25,308 nucleotides of DNA from Myxococcales bacterium (GCA_038320275.1 JBBQEB010000044.1:1-25308); one strand, 5' to 3'; positions 1 through 8,870 are shown, counted from the stretch's first letter. Notes: generated by a model not told the origin, from the sequence alone. Program-made: numbers and translations.

Positions 1-50
1 GGGGCGGCGGCGGCAGCAGCGGTGGCGGCGGCGCGTCGGGGGGCTGGTGA
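1..50 (+). CDS. 3' end of a gene with a Gly/Ser-rich tail (GGGGSSGGGGASGGW*), typical of YgcG-like TPM-domain proteins; partial
   Basis: Frame from position 3 reads GGGGSSGGGGASGGW with TGA at 48-50. The stop overlaps the next ATG (TGATG), as in the common lemA-TPM-TPM arrangement. Confidence 0.7.
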   Translation, partial: GGGGSSGGGGASGGW

Positions 51-715
51 TGGGCGACACGGCGCGAACAGGTCCCCTTCTTGATCGCCACTTCGGGGAG
101 GCTGCGCGGGCCCGCATCGAGGCTGCCGTCCGCGAGGCGGAGGCCCGCAGCCTGGGTCAGATCGTCCCGGTGGTGGTGCAGCAATCCTCGGGCTACCCGG
201 AGGCGCGCCACCGCGGAGCCCTCCTGGCGGCGGCCCTCGCGACGCTGGTCGTCCTCCTCGCGAGGCTGCCACTGACCCTCGCCGAGCTCGCCCTCGCCCA
301 GCTCGCCGCCGGCGGGCTGGGGGCGCTGCTGGCGCTCTGGCCGCCGGTGGAGCGGCTGCTCGCCGGACGGGTGGAGCTCGATCTCGCCACGCGGGAGCGC
401 GCGCTGCGCGCCTTCCACGAGCACGAGCTGCACCACACTGCGCACGGCACGGGTGTGCTCGTGTTCGCCTCGCTGCTCGAGCGGCGCGCCATCGTGCTAG
501 GCGACCACGGGATCCACGCACGCATGGGCGACGCCGCGTGGCAGCTCGCCGTGGACGCGCTGACCACCGGGATTGGCAAGGGCGATCCCGCCTCCGGGTT
601 CTGCGAGGCCATCGCCCTCTGCGGCGGGAAGCTGGCGGAGCACTTTCCCCGTTCGCCGGGGGACGCGCCCTCGCCCAACGAGCTCGCCGACGGGCTCCGT
701 GCCAGCCGGGATTGA
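50..715 (+). CDS. TPM-domain membrane protein
   Basis: IEAAVREAEARSLGQIVPVV, two hydrophobic helices, TGVLVFASLLERRAIVLGDHGI and C-terminal HFP...NELAD. ATG at 50 is coupled to the upstream TGA. Confidence 0.85.
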   Translation: MGDTARTGPLLDRHFGEAARARIEAAVREAEARSLGQIVPVVVQQSSGYPEARHRGALLAAALATLVVLLARLPLTLAELALAQLAAGGLGALLALWPPVERLLAGRVELDLATRERALRAFHEHELHHTAHGTGVLVFASLLERRAIVLGDHGIHARMGDAAWQLAVDALTTGIGKGDPASGFCEAIALCGGKLAEHFPRSPGDAPSPNELADGLRASRD

Positions 716-740
716 CGATCGAGAGGAGGGTCGGAGCAGC

Positions 741-1421
741 ATGAAGAGCCCGAAGAACAGCGGTGGGGCGGTGCGCTCGCGAGCGCAGCCGGGTGGCCGC
801 AGGCCCCGCGGGGAGCCTGCGCAGGGGGCCGCTCCCGAAGTCGCCGCTGCAGCGCCCACCGACCTCGCGCCGGTGGTGGGTACGAACCTTCGCGCCCTGC
901 GGGGGAAGCGCGGGCTCTCCCTCGAGAAGCTTGCGCGCCTCTCCGGCGTCTCGCGCGCCATGCTCGGGCAGATCGAGCTCGGACAGAGCGCCCCCACCAT
1001 CAATGTGCTCTGGAAGATCTCGACGGCACTGGGCGTGCCCTTCTCCGGGCTCATCGGGCAGCGGCAGGCGGGCGGCGTCGTCGTCCTGCGCGGCGCGAGC
1101 GCGAAGACGCTCACCAACCACGACGGCAGCTACAGCTCGCGCGCCCTGTTCCCCTTCGACGCACCGCGCCGGGTGGAGTTCTACGAGCTGCGGCTCCGGC
1201 CCGGAGGGGAGGAGCAAGCCGACGGGCACGCGCCCGGGACCGTCGAAAACCTGGTGGTCGCGCGGGGAGCGATCGAGCTGGACGTGGAGGGCGCGCGGCA
1301 CAGCCTGCAGCAGGGTGACGCGATCGTGTTCGAAGCGGACGCCCCGCATCGCTACCGGAACACGGCCGGCGGAGAGGCGGTGATGTACCTCGTGATGACC
1401 TATGCGGACACCGTGGGGTGA
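741..1421 (+). CDS. XRE-family HTH transcriptional regulator with C-terminal cupin domain (SutR/PuuR-like)
   Basis: NLRALRGKRGLSLEKLARLSGVSRAMLGQIELGQSAPT (HTH_3) and cupin H-x-PG-x-x-E...GDAIVFEADAPHRYRN. SD-like GAGGAGG at 723-729 precedes ATG 741. Confidence 0.9.
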   Translation: MKSPKNSGGAVRSRAQPGGRRPRGEPAQGAAPEVAAAAPTDLAPVVGTNLRALRGKRGLSLEKLARLSGVSRAMLGQIELGQSAPTINVLWKISTALGVPFSGLIGQRQAGGVVVLRGASAKTLTNHDGSYSSRALFPFDAPRRVEFYELRLRPGGEEQADGHAPGTVENLVVARGAIELDVEGARHSLQQGDAIVFEADAPHRYRNTAGGEAVMYLVMTYADTVG

Positions 1422-1810
1422 CGCCGAGCCGCGCATCCCGCAGGTCGCGCCGGCCCGGCGAGGCGCACGACCGCCCGCAGCAGCGCCCGGATGTCGAAGG
1501 GCTTGGCGAAGTGCGCTGCCGCTCCCAGCGCCGCCGCGGTGTCGAGCGAGCGCGAGCCGGCGGAGAGGATCACCACCGGGATGGCGGCGATGCGGGCATC
1601 GGCGAGCTGCGCCGCGCGGAACTCGGTGCCGTTCATGCGCGGCATCATCAGGTCGAGGAGGATGAGGTCGGGTCCAGGCAGCGCCTCCAGCACGTCGAGC
1701 GCTTGCAGCCCATCCGCGGCGCAGGCGACGACGTGGCCCGCGTCCTCCAGGAGAGCGGAGAGCGCAGAGCGGATGTCGTCGTCGTCCTCGACTACCAGGA
1801 TGCTCGGCAT
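1400..1810 (-). CDS. Single-domain response regulator (CheY-like receiver)
   Basis: MPSILVVEDD...PDLILLDLMMPRMNG...ILSA...KPF receiver motifs. ATG at 1810 is chosen over the longer ORF start. The 3' end overlaps the convergent XRE gene by 22 nt. Confidence 0.9.
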   Translation of the reverse strand: MPSILVVEDDDDIRSALSALLEDAGHVVACAADGLQALDVLEALPGPDLILLDLMMPRMNGTEFRAAQLADARIAAIPVVILSAGSRSLDTAAALGAAAHFAKPFDIRALLRAVVRLAGPARPAGCAARRHPTVSA

Positions 1811-2020
1811 GAGCCCCACCGGTGGGCAGGAAGTGAGCCGCCCGGTCGACAGATGAGCACAGCCGACGCGGCGCGCCAGTCTCACACCCTCGGGAAAAGT
1901 GCGACACGAAGCCGCGCCTCCCCCGAAATCGCATCGCTTTAAGGCGTTTCCTGCTTCGTCCCCCTGTTGGGGCTGTGCTTCCGTCCCGTGGAGGAACGGC
2001 TGCAGAGGCTCGCCCCCGCG

Positions 2021-2461
2021 TCACTTCACGAGCTCCTTCACCACGTGGTCCCCAAAGGTGCGCAGGCCCTGCTCGAGGACGGCCGCCCCGCGCTCGGACT
2101 CGAGCGTGGCGCGCATGCCCTCCGGCGCGATCCGGAGCTCCAGGTTGACCCATACCAGCAGGGCCGAGAGGCCTGGACTGGACGGCGCGGGACGCAGCCG
2201 GCCGCTGCGCTTCTCGATCGCCGCCGAGAGCTTGTCGAGAAGCTTGTCGGGCTCGGTGCGCGGGCCGCGCTTCGCCTCCAGGGCCGCCGAGATCCCTCGA
2301 TGCAGCCCCTCCACCAGCGAAGGCGCCGACAGGGCCTGCACGAGCCGTCCGTGCGCCTCCTCCTCGTCCACGTCGAGCTCCTCCGCGTACGAAGGCGCGA
2401 GGAGACGAGTGAGGACGCGCGGCGGGAAGAGGTGGGGGATGCGGGGCGAGAAGAGAGGCAC
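2021..2461 (-). CDS. Hypothetical protein (146 aa, helical)
   Basis: GC3-rich codon pattern and protein-like composition; fills the gap downstream of patatin on the same strand. No family recognised. Confidence 0.7.
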   Translation of the reverse strand: MPLFSPRIPHLFPPRVLTRLLAPSYAEELDVDEEEAHGRLVQALSAPSLVEGLHRGISAALEAKRGPRTEPDKLLDKLSAAIEKRSGRLRPAPSSPGLSALLVWVNLELRIAPEGMRATLESERGAAVLEQGLRTFGDHVVKELVK

Positions 2462-2498
2462 GGCGTCTGCTTAACGGGCCGCCGGTGGCATGCCCCGC

Positions 2499-3668
2499 CT
2501 ACCGGGCCATCGCCCGCTCGTGGATCTCTCCCTGCAGGAACGCCTCGACGTCGGCGCGGGCACGCATGGCGTCCTCGTACCCGAGGTCCATGAGGCGATT
2601 CACGTACTCCGGCTCGAAAGCCAGGTAGCTGAGGAGGTCGGCGCCCGACTCGCCCGTGGCGCCGATGCCTTTGAGGAGATACCGGAGCATGCGCGGGAAC
2701 TTGTCGTACTGGTCCGCGGCGAGCGCGCCCAGATCCTGGCTCGGCCGCAAGACGAGCGTGGGAACGGCACGCAGCGGCTGCTGCGGGATCCCTTGCTGGT
2801 CGAGAGGAACGTAGTTGAGGGTGCGGTTGATGCGCTCGAGCCGCTCCACGTCGGCCTCCAGCGAGTCGAGGAATACCGCGTTGAGGAGGACGCCGGCGAT
2901 CTCGGACATGGGCAACGACTCGGGGCGGGGCACGTTGGCGTTCTCGACCGGCAGCTCCACGGGAGGGATGTTCTGGATGCCGATGGCGAGGATGCGGCGA
3001 GCGCCGAGGTGGATGGCTGGGGAGAGCGGGGCGCTCATGCGCACGCAGCCGTCGCCGTAGAAGAGCCCCTTCACCTTCACGGGAGGGAAGAAGACCGGGA
3101 TGGCGGTGGAGGCGAGCACGTGCGAGATGCGCAGCCGCTGGCGCACGCCGATCCGTGTCCGGCGGTACCAGGGCTGAAGGTCGCGCGCCCCGTCGTAGAA
3201 GGTGACCGCGAGCCCGTTGGCGTAGCTCGTGGTGGAGACCGCGACGCCGCGCAGCAGGCCCGACTTGAAGTGCTGGCCGAGCCGCGCGATCGGCAAGACG
3301 TCGTCGAGCAGCTCGCGAAGCGGCTGGGTGTCGAGGAGGAAATTGATCTTGGACGAGCCGAGGATGCCGCCCGCGGAGAGATCCTTCAACCAGCGGGAGC
3401 CGATCCCGAAGAGCCGCCCCACGTCGGTGCGGTAGACGCGGTCCGGGGTGAGCGAGCGCCAGACCTCCACCAGCCGCTCGGCGGACTTCCTGAACTCCTC
3501 CGCACCGGCCGCGATGGAGGTCGCGTTGATGGCTCCCGCCGAGACGCCCGCGAAGATCCGGAAGGGGGAGGGGCCCGGCGGCGCGATCTGCGAGACCGCC
3601 CGCAGCGCGCCCACCTGGTAGGCGGCGCGCGCTCCACCGCCCGTGCACACGAGACCGATGTCGCCCAC
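2499..3668 (-). CDS. Patatin-like phospholipase
   Basis: Oxyanion GGGARAAY, nucleophile GVSAG, ASTAIPVFFPP and catalytic DG (DGCV). Confidence 0.92.
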   Translation of the reverse strand: MGDIGLVCTGGGARAAYQVGALRAVSQIAPPGPSPFRIFAGVSAGAINATSIAAGAEEFRKSAERLVEVWRSLTPDRVYRTDVGRLFGIGSRWLKDLSAGGILGSSKINFLLDTQPLRELLDDVLPIARLGQHFKSGLLRGVAVSTTSYANGLAVTFYDGARDLQPWYRRTRIGVRQRLRISHVLASTAIPVFFPPVKVKGLFYGDGCVRMSAPLSPAIHLGARRILAIGIQNIPPVELPVENANVPRPESLPMSEIAGVLLNAVFLDSLEADVERLERINRTLNYVPLDQQGIPQQPLRAVPTLVLRPSQDLGALAADQYDKFPRMLRYLLKGIGATGESGADLLSYLAFEPEYVNRLMDLGYEDAMRARADVEAFLQGEIHERAMAR

Positions 3669-3674
3669 CCGAAG

Positions 3675-3683
3675 AGCCTAGCA
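3675..3683 (-). promoter_or_regulatory. Extended -10 box (TGcTAGGCT) 6 nt upstream of the patatin GTG; probable leaderless promoter
   Basis: Minus strand reads TGC TAGGCT cttcgg GTG, with no Shine-Dalgarno. Confidence 0.5.
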
Positions 3684-3866
3684 CCGGCCGACGGAGGAGG
3701 CCCAGAAGAGGTGACGCGCAGCGTCGCGAAGCACCCACGCGGGGGCTAGTCTCATGCGAGGTGGGAGGTTCGCTCCGGGTCGAGCTCGATCCGGGCGGCG
3801 GTCGCCGAGGCGGGCACCGCGAACCCTCGATGCCCATCTTCCACGGACATCCTCGGAGGTGCGCGC

Positions 3867-4895
3867 GTGAAGCTTCCCGGCGGCGGCATGGGTTGGACCG
3901 AATTCTTCAAGGCCCTGATGAAGGAGATGGAGCGCGACAACGTCAGCGACGCGGCGGGGGCGGTCACCTACGCGGGGATCCTGGCGCTCTTCCCGTTCCT
4001 GCTGTTCCTCGTGTCCTTGGCCAGCGTCATCATCACGCCCGACCAGGCCGACGCCATCGTGAAGCAGCTCGCGCAGGTGGCGCCCAAGGACGTCACGACG
4101 ATCGTCGGCGACCGGATCCGCGCCATCAGCTCCGAGCAGAAGACCGGGCTCCTCACCTTCGGCGCCATTGCCGCGCTCTGGGCCGCCTCCAGCGGCGTGA
4201 TGGCGCTGATGCGCGCCCTCAACACCATCTACGGCGTGAAGGAGGGCCGGCCGTTCTGGAAGACGCGCGGCATCGGCCTCGGCATGACGCTCCTCACCAG
4301 CGCCATCGCGCTCGGGGCAGCCCTGGTCGCGATCGCCTCGCCCGCGGTGGGCGAGTACATCGGTGGGCCGCTCGGCACCGCCATCGTCTGGCTCCGCCTC
4401 CCGGTCGCGGGCGTCCTCATGATGTTCTTGTGGGCCGTGCTCTATTACGTCCTCCCCGACGTGGAGCAGAAGTTCAAGTTCATCACGCCGGGCTCGGTGA
4501 TGGGCGTCGTCCTCTGGCTGGTCGCGTCCTGGGGCTTCTCCTTCTACGTGTCGCACTTCGGCTCGTACGAGGCGACCTACGGCTCGCTGGGCGGCATCAT
4601 CGTGACGCTGCTCTGGATGTGGATCTCCTGCCTCGTCCTCCTGGTGGGCGCCGAGTCGAACGCCGTCATCGAGCACAAGAGCGAGGAGGGGAAGCGCGCC
4701 GGGGCGAAGCTCCTCGCCGACTCGGGGGCCAGCGGAACCAAGACGGAGGCCGAGGAGCCGACGGAGCCCTTCGGCTCCTTCGGGCAGGGGGTGGCGGCGG
4801 GGCGGGCGGAGGCGACTGCGCGCGCCCGGGCCTTCGCGGGACTGGCCGCGCTCGTGGGCGGAGCGATGTGGCTGAAGAAGCGCGAAGATTCCTGA
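3867..4895 (+). CDS. YihY/virulence factor BrkB family membrane protein
   Basis: AGAVTYAGILALFPFL, WAASSGVMALMRALNTIYGVKEGRPFW, YYVLPD, TPG and YEATYGSLGGIIVTLLWMW motifs. GGAGG precedes GTG. Confidence 0.92.
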   Translation: MKLPGGGMGWTEFFKALMKEMERDNVSDAAGAVTYAGILALFPFLLFLVSLASVIITPDQADAIVKQLAQVAPKDVTTIVGDRIRAISSEQKTGLLTFGAIAALWAASSGVMALMRALNTIYGVKEGRPFWKTRGIGLGMTLLTSAIALGAALVAIASPAVGEYIGGPLGTAIVWLRLPVAGVLMMFLWAVLYYVLPDVEQKFKFITPGSVMGVVLWLVASWGFSFYVSHFGSYEATYGSLGGIIVTLLWMWISCLVLLVGAESNAVIEHKSEEGKRAGAKLLADSGASGTKTEAEEPTEPFGSFGQGVAAGRAEATARARAFAGLAALVGGAMWLKKREDS

Positions 4896-4939
4896 CGCCC
4901 TCCGCTTCATCCCTTGCCTCGGCCGCGCACGAGGGGTCC

Positions 4940-4968
4940 TTGACCCGGCGATCCTCGCCGGGTAGGGG
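4940..4968 (+). promoter_or_regulatory. Candidate promoter/operator: TTGACC overlapping the palindrome ACCCGGCGA-tcc-TCGCCGGGT
   Basis: TTGACC at 4940-4945, a 17-nt spacer and a weak -10 TAGGGG. Palindrome 4943-4963 has arms conserved in copy 2. Confidence 0.45.
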
Positions 4969-5090
4969 ACCACGCGCCTCAGTTCCGGCGAACACGGAGA
5001 CCGGATCCTCCCAGGGGCCCGGCAGCACGAAGGACTGCAGCGCGCACGGCGTGAATTGGATCACTGCTTTGGGTGGTCGTGGGAGACCAG

Positions 5091-6380
5091 ATGTCACCTG
5101 CAGTGATTACCTTGATGGTGTTGGGCGTCGTCGCGGTCCTCTTCGTCACCGAGCTCATCCCGCTGGCGGTCACGGCGATGGGCGGCGCCATCGCGCTGGG
5201 GGTGCTGGGAGTGATCCCGTTGGGCACGGTCTTCTCCGGGCTCTCCAACTCCACCGTGGTCCTCTTCGGCGCCATGTTCGTCATCGGGGCGGCCATGTTC
5301 CACACCGGCCTGGCGCAGGCGGCGGGCATGCTGGTGGTGAGGTTGTTCGGGAAGAGCGAGAAGGGCCTGATGCTGGGCACCATGCTCGGCGCCTCCGCCC
5401 TGTCCTCCGTCACGTCCAACACCGGCACGACTGCCTGCCTCATCCCCGTCATCCTGGGCATCTGCACCGCGGCCTCCATCCCCGCCTCGCGGCAGATGAT
5501 GCCGCTCGCCTTCGCGGCGGGCCTGGGAGGCATCATCACCCTCGTCGGAACGCCTCCCAATGTCATCGCGGCGGGCGCGCTCAAGGCCGCTGGCTTCAAG
5601 CCGTTCGGGTTCTTCGAATTCGCCTGGATCGGTATCCCCCTGACGGTCGCCGGCATCGCCTACATGATGCTCGTGGGCAGGCACCTCTTGCCGAAGGCGG
5701 TCATCAGGGCGGAGGACGTCACCATCGACGTGGAGGCGCAGGCCGAGGCCACCGCCGGGACGCACGACATCAAGAAGATGTGGATCGTAGGCCTCACGCT
5801 CGCCGTGGTCGTGGTCGTGATGGCGCTCGATCTGAAGAAGTTCCCGCTGGAGATCGCCGCAGCCATCGGCGCGATCTTTCTCATCCTCACCGGCTGCCTC
5901 AGCGAGAAGCAGGCTTATCGAGGCATCGACTGGGTCACCATCTTCCTGTTCGCCGGGATGATGCCGATCGCGAGCGGCATGGACAAGAGCGGCGCGGGAA
6001 AGATGATCGCAGACGTGGTGGTCGGCGCGCTGGGCGGACACCCGAGCCCGCTCGCCGTGACGGCCATCCTCTTCGCCCTCTCCGCGGGCCTGACGCAGTT
6101 CATGTCCAATACGGCCTGCACCGCCCTGCTGGCGCCCATCGGCATCTCGATCGCCAAGGGCCTGGGTGCCAGCCCGCACGCGGTGTTGATGGCGATCGCG
6201 GTCGCCGCGTCCTGCGCCTTCTCGTCGCCGGTCGGCACGCCGCCCAACACGCTCGTGCTGGGGGTCGGCGGCTACAGGTTCAAGGACTACGTCAAGGCTG
6301 GGTCGGGACTGGTGGTGGTCTGCTTCGTGGTCTCGATCATCATCATCCCGCTGGTCTGGCCGTTCTTCCCGGGCAAGTAA
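5091..6380 (+). CDS. DASS/SLC13 family di/tricarboxylate (anion):Na+ symporter, copy 1; no TrkA-C domains
   Basis: Two SNT motifs (VTSNTG, FMSNTA), two GTPPN motifs, C-terminal GGYRFKDYVKAG and many TM helices. GGGAG precedes ATG 5091. Confidence 0.92.
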   Translation: MSPAVITLMVLGVVAVLFVTELIPLAVTAMGGAIALGVLGVIPLGTVFSGLSNSTVVLFGAMFVIGAAMFHTGLAQAAGMLVVRLFGKSEKGLMLGTMLGASALSSVTSNTGTTACLIPVILGICTAASIPASRQMMPLAFAAGLGGIITLVGTPPNVIAAGALKAAGFKPFGFFEFAWIGIPLTVAGIAYMMLVGRHLLPKAVIRAEDVTIDVEAQAEATAGTHDIKKMWIVGLTLAVVVVVMALDLKKFPLEIAAAIGAIFLILTGCLSEKQAYRGIDWVTIFLFAGMMPIASGMDKSGAGKMIADVVVGALGGHPSPLAVTAILFALSAGLTQFMSNTACTALLAPIGISIAKGLGASPHAVLMAIAVAASCAFSSPVGTPPNTLVLGVGGYRFKDYVKAGSGLVVVCFVVSIIIIPLVWPFFPGK

Positions 6381-6413
6381 CCTCGTCCAGGCCAGGGCAT
6401 CTCCGCCCTCCGG

Positions 6414-6677
6414 TCAGACGGCCAGGAAGAGGAGCGCGTACCCGACCGTGGTCATCGCGACGAGCATGGCCACGAGGACGGCCAGCCCTTGCCAGGTGCG
6501 GGGCCGACCAAAGTTCAGCCGGTCTCCCAGCATGCCCCGCCGGTTGAGAATCCCGCGCTGGTCGCGCTGCTTGAACCACCGGACCTTCCGCTCCGCGCCC
6601 AGCAGGTGTGCGCTCGCGTAGGCGATGGCGAGGGCCATCGCCACCGCGGCGCCGACACGCAGAATGGGGTTGTTCAT
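6414..6677 (-). CDS. Small hypothetical membrane protein (87 aa, two TM helices flanking a basic/aromatic loop)
   Basis: ATG with GAGG upstream, hydrophobic N- and C-terminal segments, and loop WFKQR...NRRGMLG...NFGRPRTWQG. Confidence 0.7.
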   Translation of the reverse strand: MNNPILRVGAAVAMALAIAYASAHLLGAERKVRWFKQRDQRGILNRRGMLGDRLNFGRPRTWQGLAVLVAMLVAMTTVGYALLFLAV

Positions 6678-7294
6678 CCGTTTTGCCTCGGCACGGGTCC
6701 TTCACGTTCCCCGGACCGCTGTCGACGACAGGACGCTTGCCATCGCTGAGGCGGGCGCTCTTGCCGGTCCCGCGCGCGGCCGTCCACCACCCGGCGAGCC
6801 CGATCTCGGCGTGCCCGCCAGGAGTGGGACTTCATCAAGCACGGAGAGCGGGCTCGCGTCGAGACCCTCGGCGATTTGCCCGTGCTCCTCGCCGCAGCAC
6901 GGACGAGTCGAGCGCTGGGAGGCGTCCGGCGCCGTTCGCTCCATGCTCTCGATTGCCCCCCGTGCGTCGGCTTGACTCGGAGCCTTTTGGACGCCAACGG
7001 CAACCCACGACTCGGTTTTTACCTATTGACGAACGTGCATTGCCACCGCTTGCCCGACCCAGGGGCTCGAGCGCCTCGACGGCGCCATCGAGCGGCGCAC
7101 CGACGCTGCCGGCGCCTTCCCTGACCGGCGAGAGCGTTGCGCCGGGTCACCGCCGTGGCACTCGACGTGACTGCCATCAAGACCGTCCGCCGCCTGGACA
7201 TGTCCTTTCCTGTCGAAGAAGGAATGCACCATGACCAATGCTGCGTGAAGCAATCGAGGAGCTTCACCGTGAGTCGATTCGCACGGCAGGGGTC

Positions 7295-7324
7295 TTGACC
7301 CGGCCTATCGCCGCCGGGTATTGG
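7295..7324 (+). promoter_or_regulatory. Candidate promoter/operator copy 2: TTGACC overlapping ACCCGGC-N8-GCCGGGT
   Basis: TTGACC at 7295-7300, palindrome arms at 7298-7304 and 7313-7319, then TATTGG. Confidence 0.45.
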
Positions 7325-7444
7325 ATACGCGCCTCAGTTCCGGCGAACACCGAGACCGGATCCTCGCAGAGGCCTGGCAGCACAAAGACGGCAGCGCGCA
7401 CGACGTTGGTTGGATGACTGCATCAGGTGGTCGTGGGGAGCCAA

Positions 7445-8734
7445 ATGTCACCTGCAGTGATTACCTTGATCGTGTTGGGCGTCGTCGCGGTCCTCTTCGT
7501 CACCGAGCTCATCCCGCTGGCTGTCACGGCGATGGGGGGCGCCATCGCGCTCGGGGTGCTGGGAGTGATCCCGATGAACACGGTCTTCTCCGGGCTCTCC
7601 AACTCCACCGTGGTCCTCTTCGGCGCCATGTTCGTCATCGGGGCGGCCATGTTCCACACCGGCCTGGCGCAGGCGGCGGGCATGGCGGTGGTGAGGCTGT
7701 TCGGGAAGAGCGAGAAGGGCCTCATGCTGGGCACCATGCTCGGCGCCGCGGCCCTGTCCTCCGTCACATCCAATACCGGCACGACTGCCTGCCTCATCCC
7801 CGTCATCCTGGGCATCTGCACCGCGGCCTCCATCCCCGCCTCGCGGCAGATGATGCCGCTCGCCTTCGCGGCGGGCCTGGGAGGCATCATCACCCTCGTC
7901 GGAACGCCTCCCAACATCATCGCGGCGGGCGCGCTCAAGGCCGCCGGCTTCAAGCCGTTCGGGTTCTTCGAGTTCGCCTGGATCGGTATCCCCCTGACGA
8001 TCGCCGGCATCCTCTACATGATGCTCGTGGGCAGGCACCTCCTTCCGAAGGCGGTCATCAAGGCGGAGGACGTCACCATCGACGCGGCGGCGCAGGCCGA
8101 GGCCACCGCCGGGACGCACGACATCAGGAAGATGTGGGTCGTGGGCCTCACCCTCATCGCGGTCGTGGTCGTGATGGCGCTCGATCTCAAGAAGTTCCCG
8201 CTGGAGGTTGCCGCGGGCATTGGCGCGATCTTCCTCATCCTCACCGGCTGCCTCAGCGAGAAGCAGGCCTATCGCGGCATCGACTGGGTCACCATCTTCC
8301 TGTTCGCTGGGATGATGCCGATCGCGGTCGGACTGGACAAGAGCGGCGCCGGAAGGATGATCGCAAACGTGGTGGTCGGCGCGCTGGGCGGGCACCCGAG
8401 CCCGCTCGCGGTGACGGCCATGCTCTTCATCCTCTCCGCGGGCCTGACGCAGTTCATGTCCAATACGGCCTGCACCGCCCTGCTGGCGCCCATCGGCATC
8501 TCGATCGCCAAGGGGCTGGGTGCCAGCCCGCACGCGGTGTTGATGGCGATCGCGGTCGCCGCGTCCTGCGCCTTCGCGACGCCGGTCGGCACCCCACCCA
8601 ACACGCTCGTGCTGGGGGTCGGCGGCTACAAGTTCAAGGACTACGTCAAGGCTGGATCGGGACTGGTGGTGGTCTCCTTCATCGTCTCCATCATCATCAT
8701 CCCGCTGGTCTGGCCGTTCTTCCCGGGCAAGTGA
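7445..8734 (+). CDS. DASS/SLC13 family symporter, copy 2 (about 28 of 429 residues differ from copy 1 by manual count)
   Basis: Same SNT and GTPPN motifs; intact frame; GGGGAG precedes ATG 7445. Confidence 0.92.
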   Translation: MSPAVITLIVLGVVAVLFVTELIPLAVTAMGGAIALGVLGVIPMNTVFSGLSNSTVVLFGAMFVIGAAMFHTGLAQAAGMAVVRLFGKSEKGLMLGTMLGAAALSSVTSNTGTTACLIPVILGICTAASIPASRQMMPLAFAAGLGGIITLVGTPPNIIAAGALKAAGFKPFGFFEFAWIGIPLTIAGILYMMLVGRHLLPKAVIKAEDVTIDAAAQAEATAGTHDIRKMWVVGLTLIAVVVVMALDLKKFPLEVAAGIGAIFLILTGCLSEKQAYRGIDWVTIFLFAGMMPIAVGLDKSGAGRMIANVVVGALGGHPSPLAVTAMLFILSAGLTQFMSNTACTALLAPIGISIAKGLGASPHAVLMAIAVAASCAFATPVGTPPNTLVLGVGGYKFKDYVKAGSGLVVVSFIVSIIIIPLVWPFFPGK

Positions 8735-8870
8735 CCTCGTCCAGCGTCCTGGACCTTCTCCGAGGAGTGTCGATGGTGGCCCGGCTCGTGCGTTCGCGTG
8801 ACGGCGGACGGCCATGTCATGAAGGGGGCCCTCGAGGCGGGCCTCCCCGTCGTCTCGGAAGGCGTGGCGA

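Larger units (their letters stand above)
4927..6390 (+). repeat. Direct repeat copy 1 (leader, SLC13 gene and ~10 nt downstream)
   Basis: Aligns to 7281-8744 at an offset of about 2354 nt, from GCACG..AGGGGTC through GGCAAG(TAA/TGA)CCTCGTCCAG. Confidence 0.95.
7281..8744 (+). repeat. Direct repeat copy 2 (leader and SLC13 gene)
   Basis: Co-linear with 4927-6390. Confidence 0.95.

Noticed and set aside
1811..2020. 210-nt intergenic region as ncRNA or c-di-GMP riboswitch (GGGACGGAAGC on the minus strand)
   Set aside because: The GNRA-loop P2 architecture is missing. The visible hairpin CCGTTCC/GGGACGG is better explained as a terminator-like stem after the hypothetical gene.
4940..4968. MerR-type promoter (palindrome between -35 and -10)
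   Set aside because: The spacer is 17-18 nt rather than 19-20, the -10 is weak and there is no merR gene in the window. Kept only as a generic operator candidate.
3761..6547. 928-aa plus-strand ORF and other long overlapping or antisense ORFs (e.g. 2038-3837, 7448-9304, 11971-14241, 18811-20625, 21833-24400)
   Set aside because: These are shadow frames of real genes, caused by stop-codon scarcity at high GC. They are R/G/A/P-rich and carry no motifs.
6702..6944. 80-aa minus-strand ORF with ATG upstream of the 87-aa membrane gene
   Set aside because: Low-complexity Pro/Ser/Gly/Arg composition and no recognisable family; not supportable as a CDS.
4927..8744. Duplicated segments as IS elements or a composite transposon
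   Set aside because: The repeats encode transporters. I found no transposase, terminal inverted repeats or target-site duplication.
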